A DNA stretch of 64,000 bases from Burkholderiales bacterium (GTDB taxonomy: Bacteria > Pseudomonadota > Gammaproteobacteria > Burkholderiales > SG8-39): positions 547,930-611,929 of the forward strand of contig JAOSJV010000010.1 in the NCBI GenBank assembly GCA_027493935.1, written 5' to 3'. This document shows positions 1 through 10,543 of the stretch, one piece after another. The first letter of the stretch is position 1, and every line of letters begins with the position of its first letter. Made by a program: the position numbers and the translations under genes. Under the pieces are notes generated by a model that was not told the origin of the DNA, searched no databases, and worked only from the letters and a program-made list of their open reading frames with translations.

Positions 1-528
1 CGCGAGCGCCAGCGCCGCCATGCTGGCGAGCTGCAGCTGGCTCTGCTTGGTCACCATGCGCGCCATGTGGCGCTGGACGACGTGCGCGATCTCGTGCGCG
101 ACCACCGACGCGAGCTCCGACTCGGTCTGAGCGGTCAGCAGCAGTCCGGTGTGCAGGCCGACGTGCCCACCCGGGAGCGCGAAGGCGTTCACCTGCGGGT
201 CGCGAACGACGAAGAATTCGAACGACTGCGTCCCGCTTGCATACGCACCGGCGAGCCGATCGCCGAGCCGCTGGACGTACGCGGAAACCTCCGGATCGGC
301 CACGTAAGCCGGATCACGGCGGATGTCGCGCATGATGGCCTCGCCGATGCGGCGCTCCTCGGCGGGCGAGAAGTCGGCCTGCGAGGCCTCGCCGAGGTCG
401 GGCAGATTCTGCGCGGCGGCCGGTGGTGCGGCTTCCAGGGGAGCGACCGCGAGCGCGACCGCGAGCACCGCCGGCAGCACGCATGCGCCGCGGCGCCGCC
501 GACCGGCCGAAAGGCGTCTGTCGAACAT
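1..528 (-). CDS. M48-family zinc metallopeptidase (BepA/YfgC-like), N-terminal part; gene continues beyond the left window edge
   Basis: The minus-strand frame is open from position 1 up to the ATG at 528..526. It translates as MFDRRLSAGRRRRGACVLPAVLAVALAVA (signal peptide) ... ELASVVAHEIAHVVQRHMARM, with the HExxH zinc site encoded at about 82..96. It is missing from the ORF track because it has no stop codon inside the window. Confidence 0.8.
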   Translation of the reverse strand, partial: MFDRRLSAGRRRRGACVLPAVLAVALAVAPLEAAPPAAAQNLPDLGEASQADFSPAEERRIGEAIMRDIRRDPAYVADPEVSAYVQRLGDRLAGAYASGTQSFEFFVVRDPQVNAFALPGGHVGLHTGLLLTAQTESELASVVAHEIAHVVQRHMARMVTKQSQLQLASMAALALA

Positions 529-608
529 GACCTTATGATACCCGTGCGCGCGCGAGGTTCCGCGCCGGCTGCGGGCAGCCCCGCATCCGGTCGGGCATAA
601 TTGCCAGT

Positions 609-1124
609 ATGGGAAAAGTGAGGGCGGTCGCGGGACCAGCCGAGGCACTGCTCAGTCATTTCGACCCACGGGGCCAGGCACACATGGTGGACGTCGGCGA
701 CAAGGCCGAGACCCACCGCGTCGCCCGCGCGCGGGGCGTGATCCGGATGCAGCCCAGCACGTTCGCGCGGATTCGCTCCGGCAGGGCGCGCAAGGGCGAC
801 GTGCTCGGCGTCGCCCGCATCGCGGCGATTCAGGCAGCGAAGCGCACGGCGGACCTCATCCCGCTCTGTCATCCGCTCGCATTGACGCGCGTCGGCGCCG
901 AGTTCGCGCTCGACGCGGACCGCGCGGGGGTGGTGCTCACGGTGACCGTCGAGACGCGCGGCCGCACCGGCGTCGAGATGGAAGCCCTGACTGCCGTCAG
1001 CGTGGGACTGCTCACCGTCTACGATATGTGCAAGGCGGCCGACCGCGGCATGCGCATCGAGGGCATCCAGTTGCTGGAAAAGTCGGGCGGGCGGTCCGGA
1101 CGTTTCGTCGCGGCGGACGGCTGA
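609..1124 (+). CDS. moaC: Cyclic pyranopterin monophosphate synthase MoaC
   Basis: 171-aa ORF with [16 protein letters not shown] and [23 protein letters not shown] segments typical of MoaC. It is divergent from the M48 gene. Confidence 0.93.
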   Translation: MGKVRAVAGPAEALLSHFDPRGQAHMVDVGDKAETHRVARARGVIRMQPSTFARIRSGRARKGDVLGVARIAAIQAAKRTADLIPLCHPLALTRVGAEFALDADRAGVVLTVTVETRGRTGVEMEALTAVSVGLLTVYDMCKAADRGMRIEGIQLLEKSGGRSGRFVAADG

Positions 1125-1381
1125 CCGGCTCCCGTCTTCGCGCGGCAAGCGCCCGCGCTCGGAACATTAGCGAACCTTATGCCGCCCCTTGAATTTTCGT
1201 TGCCGTACTCCTTGCTTCGGGTAGGACTTTGTGCATACCCTCTCCCGCGGCATTCGAAACGACTCACGGAGCGGTCGAGAACGGCGCGCAGCGCGGTCCA
1301 AACCCCGCATCACCGCAGCGCAGCCCGATCGCTCCGTGGATCCGCACACTTCAACCCGCTCGCAGGAGGACTGGAGGAACC

Positions 1382-1849
1382 ATGGACCAAACCCGCAGAG
1401 GCGTGCTGAAAGGCGCCGGCACGGCCGGGGCGCTCGTCGCCGCGTTCGCGACCGGAGCGCTGCGCCCGGCCGACGTGCTCGCCGCCTGGAACAAGGGCGC
1501 GTTCGACGCGAAGACGACCGCTGATGCGCTGAAGGCGATGAACATCGCCTCGGCCGCCGACAGCGCCGACATCGTGATCCGCGCACCCGACATCGCCGAG
1601 AACGGGGCGGTCGTGCCGATCGACATCACGAGCAAGATTCCCGGCACGCAGAGCATCTCGCTGTTCGTCGAGAAGAACCCGTTCCCCTACGTCGGGACGT
1701 TCAACGTCGCCGCGGGCGCAGAGCCATTCGTGCACGTGCGGGTGAAGATCAGCGAGTCGTCGAACGTGCGCGCGGTGGTGGCGGCGGGCGGCAAGTACTT
1801 CCAGACGGTGAAGGAAGTGAAGGTCACCATCGGCGGCTGCGGCGGCTGA
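1382..1849 (+). CDS. soxY: Sulfur carrier protein SoxY
   Basis: Start taken at ATG 1382 inside track ORF 1229..1849. A GGAGG sits just upstream and the N-terminus carries a twin-arginine signal (MDQTRRGVLKGAG). The C-terminus ends in the GGCGG carrier-cysteine motif. Confidence 0.92.
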   Translation: MDQTRRGVLKGAGTAGALVAAFATGALRPADVLAAWNKGAFDAKTTADALKAMNIASAADSADIVIRAPDIAENGAVVPIDITSKIPGTQSISLFVEKNPFPYVGTFNVAAGAEPFVHVRVKISESSNVRAVVAAGGKYFQTVKEVKVTIGGCGG

Positions 1850-1886
1850 TCGGGATCGCGACCACAAGGCAACGAAGGAGCAGACG

Positions 1887-2201
1887 ATGGGCGACCCGAT
1901 GAAGATCAGGGCGAGGCTGCAGGGCGACGTCGCCGACGTGCGCGTGCTGATGGCGCACCCGATGGAGACCGGCCAGCGCAAGGACCCGTCCGGCAAAGTC
2001 ATTCCCGCGCACTTCATCAAGGAGATCCGCGCCGAGCTGAACGGCAAACCGGTGTTCGACGCGCAGATCAGCCAGGCGATCTCGCGCAACCCCGTGTTCG
2101 CGTTCCGGGTGAAGGGCGCGAAGGCGGGCGACAAGCTCAAGATCACCTGGGAAGACAACACCGGCGACAAGCGCTCCGACGAGATCACCGTGGGCGGCTG
2201 A
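1887..2201 (+). CDS. soxZ: Sulfur compound chelating protein SoxZ
   Basis: 104-aa ORF immediately after soxY, SoxZ-like (KIRARLQGDVADVRVLMAHPMETG...). The position in soxYZ synteny supports the call. Confidence 0.9.
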   Translation: MGDPMKIRARLQGDVADVRVLMAHPMETGQRKDPSGKVIPAHFIKEIRAELNGKPVFDAQISQAISRNPVFAFRVKGAKAGDKLKITWEDNTGDKRSDEITVGG

Positions 2202-2340
2202 GCGTCCGCGGCATTCCGCGGCAAGAAGAAGCAACGACGCGCGCGCACCGGGCGGAGCCGGGCAGCGCGAAACAGGCGAACGAGGAGCGGGAGGCGCGCT
2301 TGCTGACCCAGGGACCGCGTCGCAACCTTAGGAGGAGCTG

Positions 2341-3162
2341 ATGAGATACGCACGCGTGCTGTGCGCCGCCGCGGGGCTAGCCGTGGGGCTCGCCGGCCAG
2401 CCGGCGACGGCCCAGTCCGACGACCGGACGGCCGCCGAGTTCGACAAGTTCCGCGAGGTGCTCGAGGAGGCCAACCCGGCCGAGCTCTGGGAGCTGAAGG
2501 GGGAGGAGCTCTGGAGGCAGAAGCGCGGCCCGAAGAACGCCTCGCTCGAGCAGTGCGACCTCGGCCTCGGTGCGGGCGTGCTGAAAGGCGCCTACGTTCA
2601 GCTGCCGCGCTACTTCGCCGACACCGGCAAGGTGATGGACGCCGAGCAGCGGATCGTGCACTGCATGATCACGCTGCAGGGCTTCAAGTACGAGGACCTC
2701 GCCAATCGTCCGTTCAGCCGCGGCAACTATACGCCCGACCCGGTCTCGATCGTGACCTATGTCGCCGCACAGTCGCGCGAGATGAAGATCGCCGTTCCGC
2801 AGTCGCATCCGAAGGAGCGCGAGACCTACGAGATCGGCAGGCAGATTTTCTTCTACCGCGCCGGTCCGTGGGACTTCTCCTGCGCGAGCTGCCATGGCGC
2901 GGACGGCCTGCGGATCCGCACGCAGAACCTGCCTAACTTCACCAAGCCGGGGGCGCAGGCCGCGCGCAGCTTCATCGGCTGGCCGGGCTACCGCATGACC
3001 GGCGGGGTCATGCACAGCCTGCAGTGGCGCATGAACGACTGCTTCCGCCAGCAGCGCTTCCCGGAGCCGGGCTACGCCTCCGACACGATCGCCGCGCTGC
3101 TCACCTACATGGCCGTGAACTCGAACGGCCAGCTTTACCGCGGCCCGGGCATCAAGCGCTGA
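2341..3162 (+). CDS. soxA: SoxA c-type cytochrome (single-heme type)
   Basis: It has a signal peptide and a single CxxCH site (CASCH). The conserved axial-ligand Cys context WRMNDCFRQQRFP is present. The position of the N-terminal second heme motif reads LEQCDLG, so no CxxCH is there. Confidence 0.9.
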   Translation: MRYARVLCAAAGLAVGLAGQPATAQSDDRTAAEFDKFREVLEEANPAELWELKGEELWRQKRGPKNASLEQCDLGLGAGVLKGAYVQLPRYFADTGKVMDAEQRIVHCMITLQGFKYEDLANRPFSRGNYTPDPVSIVTYVAAQSREMKIAVPQSHPKERETYEIGRQIFFYRAGPWDFSCASCHGADGLRIRTQNLPNFTKPGAQAARSFIGWPGYRMTGGVMHSLQWRMNDCFRQQRFPEPGYASDTIAALLTYMAVNSNGQLYRGPGIKR

Positions 3163-3184
3163 CCGGACGACGAGGGGAGAACCG

Positions 3185-3793
3185 ATGAGAAAGGCAATCG
3201 TTTTCGCGGGCGTCGCGGCGGTGGCGGCGGGCTGCGCCACTATGCAGGACGAGGCGGCATACCGGGAGCAGGCGGTCGCGTGGATGAAGCGCGACTTTCA
3301 CGCGCGCGGCATGGCGAAGACCGACCGGCTGAACCAGGACGAGCTGCAGCGCGCGTGCACGCAATACAACAACAATCCGCCCGAGGCGCTCGTCAAGCGC
3401 GTCGAGGCGGCCGAGATGGCGGGGATCAAGCTGCCCGCCGACGGCAAGTACCTGGGCGACTGGAAGCGCGGCCAGCGCATCGCCTCGAGCGGCCGCGGCA
3501 TGACCTGGAGTGACAAGCCCGGCGCGGCCGGCGGCAGCTGCTACAACTGCCACCAGCTCTCGCCGCAGCAGCCCTCGTTCGGCACCATCGGCCCGAGCCT
3601 GCGCGGGTACGGCAAGACGCGCGGCTACACGGCCGAAAACCGGAAGTACGTGTACCAGCGGATCTACAACTCGAAGGCGTTCTCGATGTGCTCGACGATG
3701 CCGCGGTTCGGCCATTCCGGCACGCTGAACGAGCAGCAGATCAAGGACGTTGCGGCCTACCTCATGGACCCGGCGTCCCCGGTCAACCAGTAG
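3185..3793 (+). CDS. soxX: SoxX monoheme c-type cytochrome
   Basis: 202-aa ORF with a lipoprotein-like signal (VAAVAAGC) and one heme site, CYNCH. It follows soxA. Confidence 0.85.
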   Translation: MRKAIVFAGVAAVAAGCATMQDEAAYREQAVAWMKRDFHARGMAKTDRLNQDELQRACTQYNNNPPEALVKRVEAAEMAGIKLPADGKYLGDWKRGQRIASSGRGMTWSDKPGAAGGSCYNCHQLSPQQPSFGTIGPSLRGYGKTRGYTAENRKYVYQRIYNSKAFSMCSTMPRFGHSGTLNEQQIKDVAAYLMDPASPVNQ

Positions 3794-3930
3794 CCGCCAC
3801 GCGCGCATAGAGGGGCTTGGGTGACCAGGCCCCTTTTTTCGTTCGTGGCGGACGGCTTCGCGAAACCGGGCCGTGCGCCGCATCGTGCCCCGCCGCGGCC
3901 CCCGTTCCCCACCCTCGGGTCGATCATCCG

Positions 3931-5641
3931 ATGAACCGCAGAGAATTCCTCGAAGTCCTCGCCGCGGCGGCCGCTGCCGGCCTCGTGCTCGACTCGCGTG
4001 ACGCACTCGCCCGGGCGGGCGCAGATGCGCTCTACCGCGTGCCGAAGTTCGGCAACGTCTCGCTACTGCACTTCACCGACTGCCACGCGCAGCTCCTGCC
4101 GATCCATTTCCGCGAGCCGAGCGTGAACATCGGCGTCGGTGGGGCCGCCGGCAAGCCGCCGCACCTGGTTGGCGAGCGGCTGCTGAAAGCGTTCAACGTC
4201 AAGCCCAGCACGCCGGAGGCTGCACGCGTTCACGTACCTCGATTTCGAGGCCGCGGCGAAGACCTACGGCAAGGTCGGCGGGTTCGCGCACCTCGCCACG
4301 CTGGTGAGGCGGCTGCGCGCCGAGCGGCCGGACGCGCTGCTGCTCGACGGCGGCGATACATGGCAGGGTTCGGGCGTCTCGCTCTGGACCAAGGGCGCCG
4401 ACATGATCGAGGCGTGCAAGGCGCTCGGCGTGGACGCCATGACCGGGCACTGGGAGTTCACCTACGGCGCCGAGCGCGTGGAGCAGGCGGTCAACACCGA
4501 GCTCGCCGGCAGGACCGAGTTCCTCGCCCAGAACGTGAAGACGCAGGACTTCGGCGACCCGGTGTTCAAGCCCTACACGATGCGCACGCTCGGCGGCGTT
4601 CCTGTGGCGATCGTCGGCCAGGCGTTTCCCTACACGCCGATCGCCAACCCGCGCTACATGATGGCCGAGTGGACCTTCGGCATCCAGGAGGAGGAGCTGC
4701 AGAAGGTCGTGAACGAGGCGCGCGCCAAGGGGGCGCAGGTGGTCGTGCTGCTCTCGCACAACGGCATGGACGTCGACCTCAAGCTCGCAAGCCGCGTGCG
4801 CGGGATCGACGCGATCCTCGGCGGGCACACGCACGACGGTGTGCCGCAGCCCACCGTGGTGAGGAATGCCGGCGGCCAGACCCTCGTCGCCAACTCCGGC
4901 TCGAACAGCAAGTTCCTGTCGGTGCTGGACCTGGAGGTGAAGGGCGGCAAGGTCACGGGTTACCGCTACCGGCTGCTCCCGGTGTTCGCGAACTTCCTGC
5001 CGGCCGACGACGCGATGGCGCAGGTCATTGCGAAGACTCGCGCGCCCTACGAGAAGAAGCTCGGCGAGCGGCTCGCGGTCACCGAGGGGCTGCTCTACCG
5101 GCGCGGAAACTTCAACGGCACGTTCGACCAGCTGATTCTCGACGCGATGATGGAGGTGAAGGGCGCCGAGATCGCGTTCTCGCCGGGATTCCGCTGGGGC
5201 ACGACCATCCTTCCCGGCCAGCCGATCACGTTCGAGCACGTGATGGATCAGACCGCGATTACCTACCCCTATGCCACGCTCTCCGAACTCACCGGCGCGC
5301 AGATCAAGGAGATCCTGGAAGACGTCGCCGACAACCTGTTCAATCCGGATCCGTACAAGCAGCAGGGCGGCGACATGGTGCGCGTCGGCGGGCTCGCCTA
5401 CACCTGCGTGCCGAACGCGACGATGGGCGGCCGCATCGTCGACATGCGTCTCGCGGGCAAGCCGCTCGAGGGGTCGAGGAAGTACAAGGTGGCCGGCTGG
5501 GCGCCGGTTGCCGAGGGCGCCCGCGGCGAGCCGATCTGGGAGGTGGTGTCGGGCTGGCTGCGCGACAAGAAGACGGTGCCGCCGCGCGAGTTGAACCTGC
5601 CGCGGCTGAAGGGCATCGAGGGCAATCCGGGGATCGCGTGA
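3931..5641 (+). pseudogene. soxB: Thiosulfohydrolase SoxB (dinuclear Mn 5'-nucleotidase-like), interrupted by a 1-nt frameshift at about 4222, probably a sequence error
   Basis: The N-terminus (Tat signal MNRREFLEVLAAAAAAG ... LHFTDCHAQL) is in the frame of track ORF 3817..5691 up to ...KPSTPEA. The rest (HAFTYLDFEAAAKTYGKVGGFAHLATLV.. DGGDTWQGSG ...) is in the frame of ORF 4304..5641. A lone G at 4222 separates the two frames. Joined length is about 570 aa, as expected for SoxB. Confidence 0.9.
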
Positions 5642-5814
5642 AGCGCAGGTCTTCGCGCTCGCCACGTAAGGGCTTGCCCGGGCGTCACTAAGCACGCGCT
5701 TGTCCTGCGCACGCGCCGCGCGCGGGAGAGTTACACGAGCGGTCGCCTTGTTGCCCCTGGAAGCGCCCAATAACAACATGCGTCGCTTCTTCGGCATGGC
5801 GAGCAGAGGATCCG

Positions 5815-7842
5815 ATGGGGTTGCTTGACGGGCTGCTTCGCACCTTCGGGCGCCGCCGCCGGGCGGGCGCGAAAGCGGTCGCCCAGGCGGTGGAGCTTTT
5901 CGAAGAAGGCCGCGTCGACGAGGCGGAGGCGATCTGCACCCACAGGCTTGAGCGAGATCCGCGCGACGCGCAGGCCCTGAACCTGCTCGGGCTCGCGGCC
6001 GATCGACGCGGCGATCATCGGCGCGCGGCGGAGCTTCTCGAAGCGGCGGTCGCGGCCGCGCCCGAAGTCGGGCTGTTCCGCTACAACCTGGGCAATGCGC
6101 AGGTCGCAGTGGGCCGGGCGGACGACGCGCTCGCCAGCTACTCCAGGGCCGTCGCGCTCGAACCCGACCGGTTCGCGGCATGGTTCAATCTCGGTCAGCT
6201 CCACGCCGAACGCGGCCGCCCGGCTCAGGCGGTCGCCGCATTCCGGCAGGCGCTGCGCATTCGTCCGGCGAACAGCGAGGCGCGGCTCGCGCTCGCCGCG
6301 GCGCTCGTGGACTCCGTGCAAGCGGACGCCACTGGACCCGCGGCCTGCGCCGAGGCGCTGGCGCTGGTCGAGACCTGTTGGGAGCAGACCCCGGACCCCC
6401 TGCGCGCGCGCTTCGTCCTCGCGATGGCGCTCGCCGGCTGCGAGCGGTGGACCGAGGCCGCAGCGAATCTGGAGGCGGTCGTCGCCGCGCGCCCGGATGC
6501 CGTCGAGCCGCGCAACCAGCTCGCCAACTGCTACAACCGCGTTGGACGCTTGCGCGACGCGGTGCATGAGTATCGCGAGACCTTCCGCCTTGCGCCGGGA
6601 TTCCATCACGCGCTGACGAGCGTCCTCGGGACGCTCAATGCGGTCGCCGACGCGACGCCGGAGGAGATCTTCGAGGCGCACCGGGCGTGGGCGACGGCGG
6701 TCGCCGAGCCGCTCTACCCGGTCGCTCCGCGTTTTGCGAACGCGCGCGATTCCGCGCGTCGCCTGCGCGTCGGCTACGTCTCGCCGGACCTCCGGCGCCA
6801 TCCGGTGGGCACGATGTTCGCACCGGTGCTCGAGCGGCACGATGCCGCGCGCTTCGAGACGTTCTGCTACTACAACTACCCGCGCGGCGACGGCATGACC
6901 GACCGCATGCGCCGCGCCGCGCATCATTGGCGGGACATCGCCGGACAGGACGACGACGTGGTGGTCGACGCGATCCGGGCGGATGCGATCGATATCCTGG
7001 TCGACCTCGTCGGCCATACTCGGCACACGCGGCTGCCGGTCTTTGCGCGCAAGCCGGCGCCGGTCCAGGCGAGCTGGCTCGGCTACTTCAACACGACCGG
7101 CCTTGCGACGATGGACTGGTTCGTCACCGATCCCGTGTCGTCCCCGCACGGGCAGGAGCGCTATTTCGTCGAGCGCCTGCTGCGGCTGCCCGCCACGCGC
7201 TTCTGCTACGAGCCACCGGAGTTCCTGCCAGCGGTGAGCACGTTACCGGCGCGCTCCCGCGGCCACGTCACCTTCGGCTGCCTGAACAGCCTCGCCAAGG
7301 TGAACGACCGCGTGCTCGCGCTCTGGGGACGGATTCTCGCCGCCGTGCCCGGCGGGCGCCTTGTCCTGCAGGCGTCCGCGCTCAACGATCCGTGCGTGCG
7401 CGAGAACCTACGCGCGCGCGCGCAAGCGTGCGGGATCGCCTCCGAGCGGCTCGATCTGAAGCGCTTCGTGCCGGTCGAGGAAGCCGCCACGTCGTATCAC
7501 GACATCGACGTCGCCCTGGACCCGTTCCCGTTCTGCGGCGGCATGACGAGCCTGGACGCGCTGTGGATGGGCGTGCCTGTCGTGACGCTCCCGCAAGTGA
7601 TGATCGCCGGCCGTCAGACGGCGAGCATGCTCGCGAACCTCGGCCTGGTGGAGCTCATCGCCGCGGACGAGACGGGCTATGTGGCCGCGGCCGTCGGATT
7701 GGCGCACGATCTCGATCGGCTCGCGGCGCTGCGGGCAGAGCTGCGCGAGCGGTTCCGGCGCTCGCCGCTCGCTGACTACGACCGTTTTGCCCGCGATCTC
7801 GAACGCGCGTTCGCGACGATGTGGCAGGCCTGGCTGGCCTAA
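5815..7842 (+). CDS. TPR-repeat protein fused to a GT41/SPINDLY-like (O-GlcNAc-transferase-type) glycosyltransferase domain
   Basis: 675 aa. The N-terminal half is TPR repeats. The C-terminal half reads LRVGYVSPDLRRHPVG ... IDILVDLVGHTRHTRL ... KPAPVQASWLGYFNTTG, typical of bacterial SPY/OGT-like (COG3914) proteins. Confidence 0.8.
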   Translation: MGLLDGLLRTFGRRRRAGAKAVAQAVELFEEGRVDEAEAICTHRLERDPRDAQALNLLGLAADRRGDHRRAAELLEAAVAAAPEVGLFRYNLGNAQVAVGRADDALASYSRAVALEPDRFAAWFNLGQLHAERGRPAQAVAAFRQALRIRPANSEARLALAAALVDSVQADATGPAACAEALALVETCWEQTPDPLRARFVLAMALAGCERWTEAAANLEAVVAARPDAVEPRNQLANCYNRVGRLRDAVHEYRETFRLAPGFHHALTSVLGTLNAVADATPEEIFEAHRAWATAVAEPLYPVAPRFANARDSARRLRVGYVSPDLRRHPVGTMFAPVLERHDAARFETFCYYNYPRGDGMTDRMRRAAHHWRDIAGQDDDVVVDAIRADAIDILVDLVGHTRHTRLPVFARKPAPVQASWLGYFNTTGLATMDWFVTDPVSSPHGQERYFVERLLRLPATRFCYEPPEFLPAVSTLPARSRGHVTFGCLNSLAKVNDRVLALWGRILAAVPGGRLVLQASALNDPCVRENLRARAQACGIASERLDLKRFVPVEEAATSYHDIDVALDPFPFCGGMTSLDALWMGVPVVTLPQVMIAGRQTASMLANLGLVELIAADETGYVAAAVGLAHDLDRLAALRAELRERFRRSPLADYDRFARDLERAFATMWQAWLA

Positions 7843-8141
7843 CCGAAGCGGGCTGCGCGGCGACGGAGCACGTTCCTCGGCTTCCACCCCGACGAGCGAC
7901 GCCACCGGATCGGTCGCCGAACTCAGCACGCTCGCGATGGAACCGCACGTCGAATTCTGGGTCAGCCCCCTACCGAGCATGCCAGGCCCCTGTCGGTGCC
8001 CGGTGCTCGCAAGAAAACAGCGCCTTACGGAAGGTTGATTGCGGGAGCGTGGTCCGGCCACGCTGGCCGCGGCCCCGCACAGGGCACGAATGGCCCGGGA
8101 AAATGCCCGGGCCGTGCTGCTGCGCTCGTTGCGGTGCACCT

Positions 8142-8170
8142 CCAAAAGAAACCCCTCCGAAGAGGGGTTT
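8142..8170 (-). terminator. Rho-independent terminator downstream of pilA
   Basis: Perfect 9-bp stem AAACCCCTC (8149..8157) and GAGGGGTTT (8162..8170) with a CGAA loop. On the minus strand it is followed by CTTTTGG. It lies about 20 nt after the pilA stop codon. Confidence 0.6.
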
Positions 8171-8190
8171 CCTCCGCGCGGCGGGACCGC

Positions 8191-8598
8191 TTAGCGGCAA
8201 CTCGCCGGCATGTACTTCGCGGGCGTGCCCGTGCAACTCCAGACCAGCGTCGTGCCGGTCGCCGACGGGGTCAGCGTGACAGTCACCGCGGTACCCGTCG
8301 AGGTCGAAGCGCTCGAACCCTGGACAGTGATCACGCCTACGGCGGTGATGGTGCCGCCCGTGATCTTGCCGTAGGTGGTGACTTCGAGGCCCGAGCCGAT
8401 CGACGCGGTGGTCTGGTCGGATTGGTACTTCTCGGTCGCCGCGGTCCTCAGGGCGCTCGCCGCGACGATGAGCTCGGACACCTTCGCGCGGATGGTGTAA
8501 TCCTGATATGCGGGCAGCGCGATCGCCGCCAGGATACCGATGATCGCCACGACGATCATCAGCTCGATCAGGGTGAAACCTTTCTGAATTGCCTTCAT
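8191..8598 (-). CDS. pilA: Type IVa major pilin (PilA)
   Basis: [34 protein letters not shown] is a class III prepilin leader with the conserved N-terminal helix. The C-terminus has a disulfide loop ([14 protein letters not shown]). The C-terminal half is Ser/Thr-rich ([24 protein letters not shown]). Confidence 0.93.
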   Translation of the reverse strand: MKAIQKGFTLIELMIVVAIIGILAAIALPAYQDYTIRAKVSELIVAASALRTAATEKYQSDQTTASIGSGLEVTTYGKITGGTITAVGVITVQGSSASTSTGTAVTVTLTPSATGTTLVWSCTGTPAKYMPASCR

Positions 8599-8654
8599 GC
8601 AGTTCTCCTGTAAGTGCGAAGTGCGGTGTACCTAATCCACCACATCCCTCCTTA

Positions 8655-8670
8655 AGCAACCCGTGTGCCA
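8655..8670 (-). promoter_or_regulatory. Sigma54 (-24/-12) promoter of pilA
   Basis: The minus strand reads TGGCAC-ACGGG-TTGCT, an exact TGGCAC-N5-TTGCW match. It lies about 57 nt upstream of the pilA ATG, which is preceded by a GGAG ribosome-binding site. Confidence 0.65.
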
Positions 8671-8851
8671 CGGTCCAGCGCCCTGCCCTCTCTTGTCTTA
8701 ACCATCTGTTATTTATATAAATTTAATCAGCGAACGAAGCATCACCTTGAAATGACCGTGAACTATTCCCGAAGCCTCCACGCCGCCTCGCGGCGCGGTG
8801 TGACGCTCTACGGCACCCCTTGGCCCTCGGTTGGCAAGTGCCGGGATTCGG

Positions 8852-10527
8852 TCACGCGGCATGGCCCACGGCGGCGACGAGATCCTCGAAAACCGGGCGC
8901 CAGTCCAGCGGACGGGGCTGGCGAAACAGGCGTACGGACGGGTACCAGAGCATGCGCTCACCCTCGGCTCCGTAGCGCCACTCGGCAGTGTACGGCACAA
9001 GAACCAGCGCGCGCGCGCCCAGGGCGCCGGCGAGATGCACGACCGCCGTGCAGACGCTGACGACGCAATCGAGCGCACACACCAGCGCGGCAGTCTCGTC
9101 ATAGTCGCGCTCGCTCTCTTCGAACCGATGCACAGGCGCGCCGGCCGCCGCGCAGGCGGCAATCTCCTCGCCCCATTCGCCGTACTGCAGGCTAACCAAC
9201 GTCGCGGTCGCCGGCCGCAGCGCCTCGCTTAGCGCAGCAAGAGGAATGGATCGCAGGTCACGCCGAGTCTTGAGCAGCCCTCCGCGCCAGGACAGGCCGA
9301 CCCAGGGCCGCGGCCCGAGCGCCGTCAGCCGCTCCCGCCAGCGGGCGACGCGGGCGGGAGCGGCGCGCAGGTAGCCGCTGTGCGTCGGAAAGTCGTTCGC
9401 CTGGCGACGAAAGAAGCGCGGCAGACTGCCCATCGCCACCTGGACGTGCGGTGGGTCCACGGTCGCCGGCCACACGGGATCTCGATCGCGCACTCGCCCC
9501 GGAACGACATCGACACCGGGAAAAGAGCGCCGTACGAGGACGCGAGCCGGGGCTCGCACTCGACCACGCAACTCGCCACGCGCGCCAGGGCGTCCGGCAG
9601 GCACGAAAGGAACATGATCTGGTCACCGAGCCCCTGCTCGGCGTAGACGAGCAGCCGCGCGTTCGGCGCGGAGCCGCCATCCCACTGGGGGTGTACGAAT
9701 GGTCGCGCCACCGCCAGCTGCACCTTCCAGCGTGCTTCGTAGGCCTCCCAGCCCTCGGCGAAGCGCCCAACCTTCAGCAGCGCCTCCGCGCGGAGGATCG
9801 CGGCCTGCGCGTCGTCCGGGTTGCGCGCGACGCCCTGTGCCATGAGTCGAAGCCCCTCCGCCGCCCGGCGCTGCTCGACCAGTGCCCAGCCGAGATTGCA
9901 CAGCACCCCGGAAGACTGCGGATCGAGTTCGAACGCCCGTCGCAACAGACGCTCGCCCTCGTCCAGCTGCGCCAGCTGACGCGCCTTCAGGAAGCCAAGA
10001 AAGTTGTAGCCGGCGGCACTCCGCGGATGGCGCGCGAGCAGCTCTTCCAGCCGCGCGATGGTGTCTTCGAACCGGCCGCGCCGATAGAGCCAATGGGCGT
10101 GATTGTAGAGCCCTGCCGCGCTCCCCGGCACGCGGGCGAGAAACTCCGCGTGCACCGCCTCGGCCTCGTCATCGCGGCCGAGCCGCTCCAACGCCCGGAG
10201 CACCCCGACGTAAGCGCCTTCATCCGTGGGTGCGTAGTGCAGCGCGAGCGAGAACAGGTCGAGCGCCGATTCGGCATCGTTCGCCGCCATATAGGCCTGC
10301 CCACCCGCGACGTGGAGCGGAACTTCCTCGGGACGCTCGGCCAGGAGCCGCTCTGCGAGCTCCGCGGCCCGCCCCGCCTCGCCTGCGTCGAGCAGCCGCG
10401 TGACCGCGTCGGCACCAGCCGTCTCGCGCGGACGCGCCGATTCGAGCGCCGGCGCCCGACGCCCGAGCGGTGACAGGTCCCCGCTAGACGTCGGATCCCG
10501 GTTGCGCCACCTTCCGAGCCACCCCAC
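8852..10527 (-). pseudogene. TPR-repeat / GT9 (heptosyltransferase-like) glycosyltransferase fusion, paralog 1; frameshift at about 9516-9520
   Basis: The N-terminal TPR part and ...LLVYAEQGLGDQIMFLSCLPDAL..CVVECEPRLASSYGALFP are in the frame of ORF 9325..10527. The continuation GVDVVPGR..GSLPRFFRR..VGLSWRGG..DYDETAALVCALDCVVSVCTAVVHLAGALG is in the frame of ORF 8852..9604. It is collinear with the intact paralog at 10544..12274. Confidence 0.8.
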
Positions 10528-10543
10528 CGCCGTGTCTTCCCGG

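Noticed and set aside
4199-6181. Long antisense or alternate-frame ORFs. Examples are 189..1148-, 1310..2353-, 4199..6181-, 5731..7149-, 19523..21118+, 27945..29831+, 40822..43032+, 47675..49951-, 54587..56035+, 59046..61220-, 62963..63940-
   Set aside because: These are typical high-GC shadow ORFs with Arg/Ala/Gly/Pro-dominated, low-complexity translations. Each overlaps a gene with clear family motifs on the other strand or in another frame.
8092-8113. Hairpin GGCCCGGG-AAAATG-CCCGGGCC about 250 nt downstream of the TPR-GT41 gene
   Set aside because: It has an 8-bp stem but no following T-tract on the plus strand, and it is far from the stop codon. This is not enough to call a terminator.
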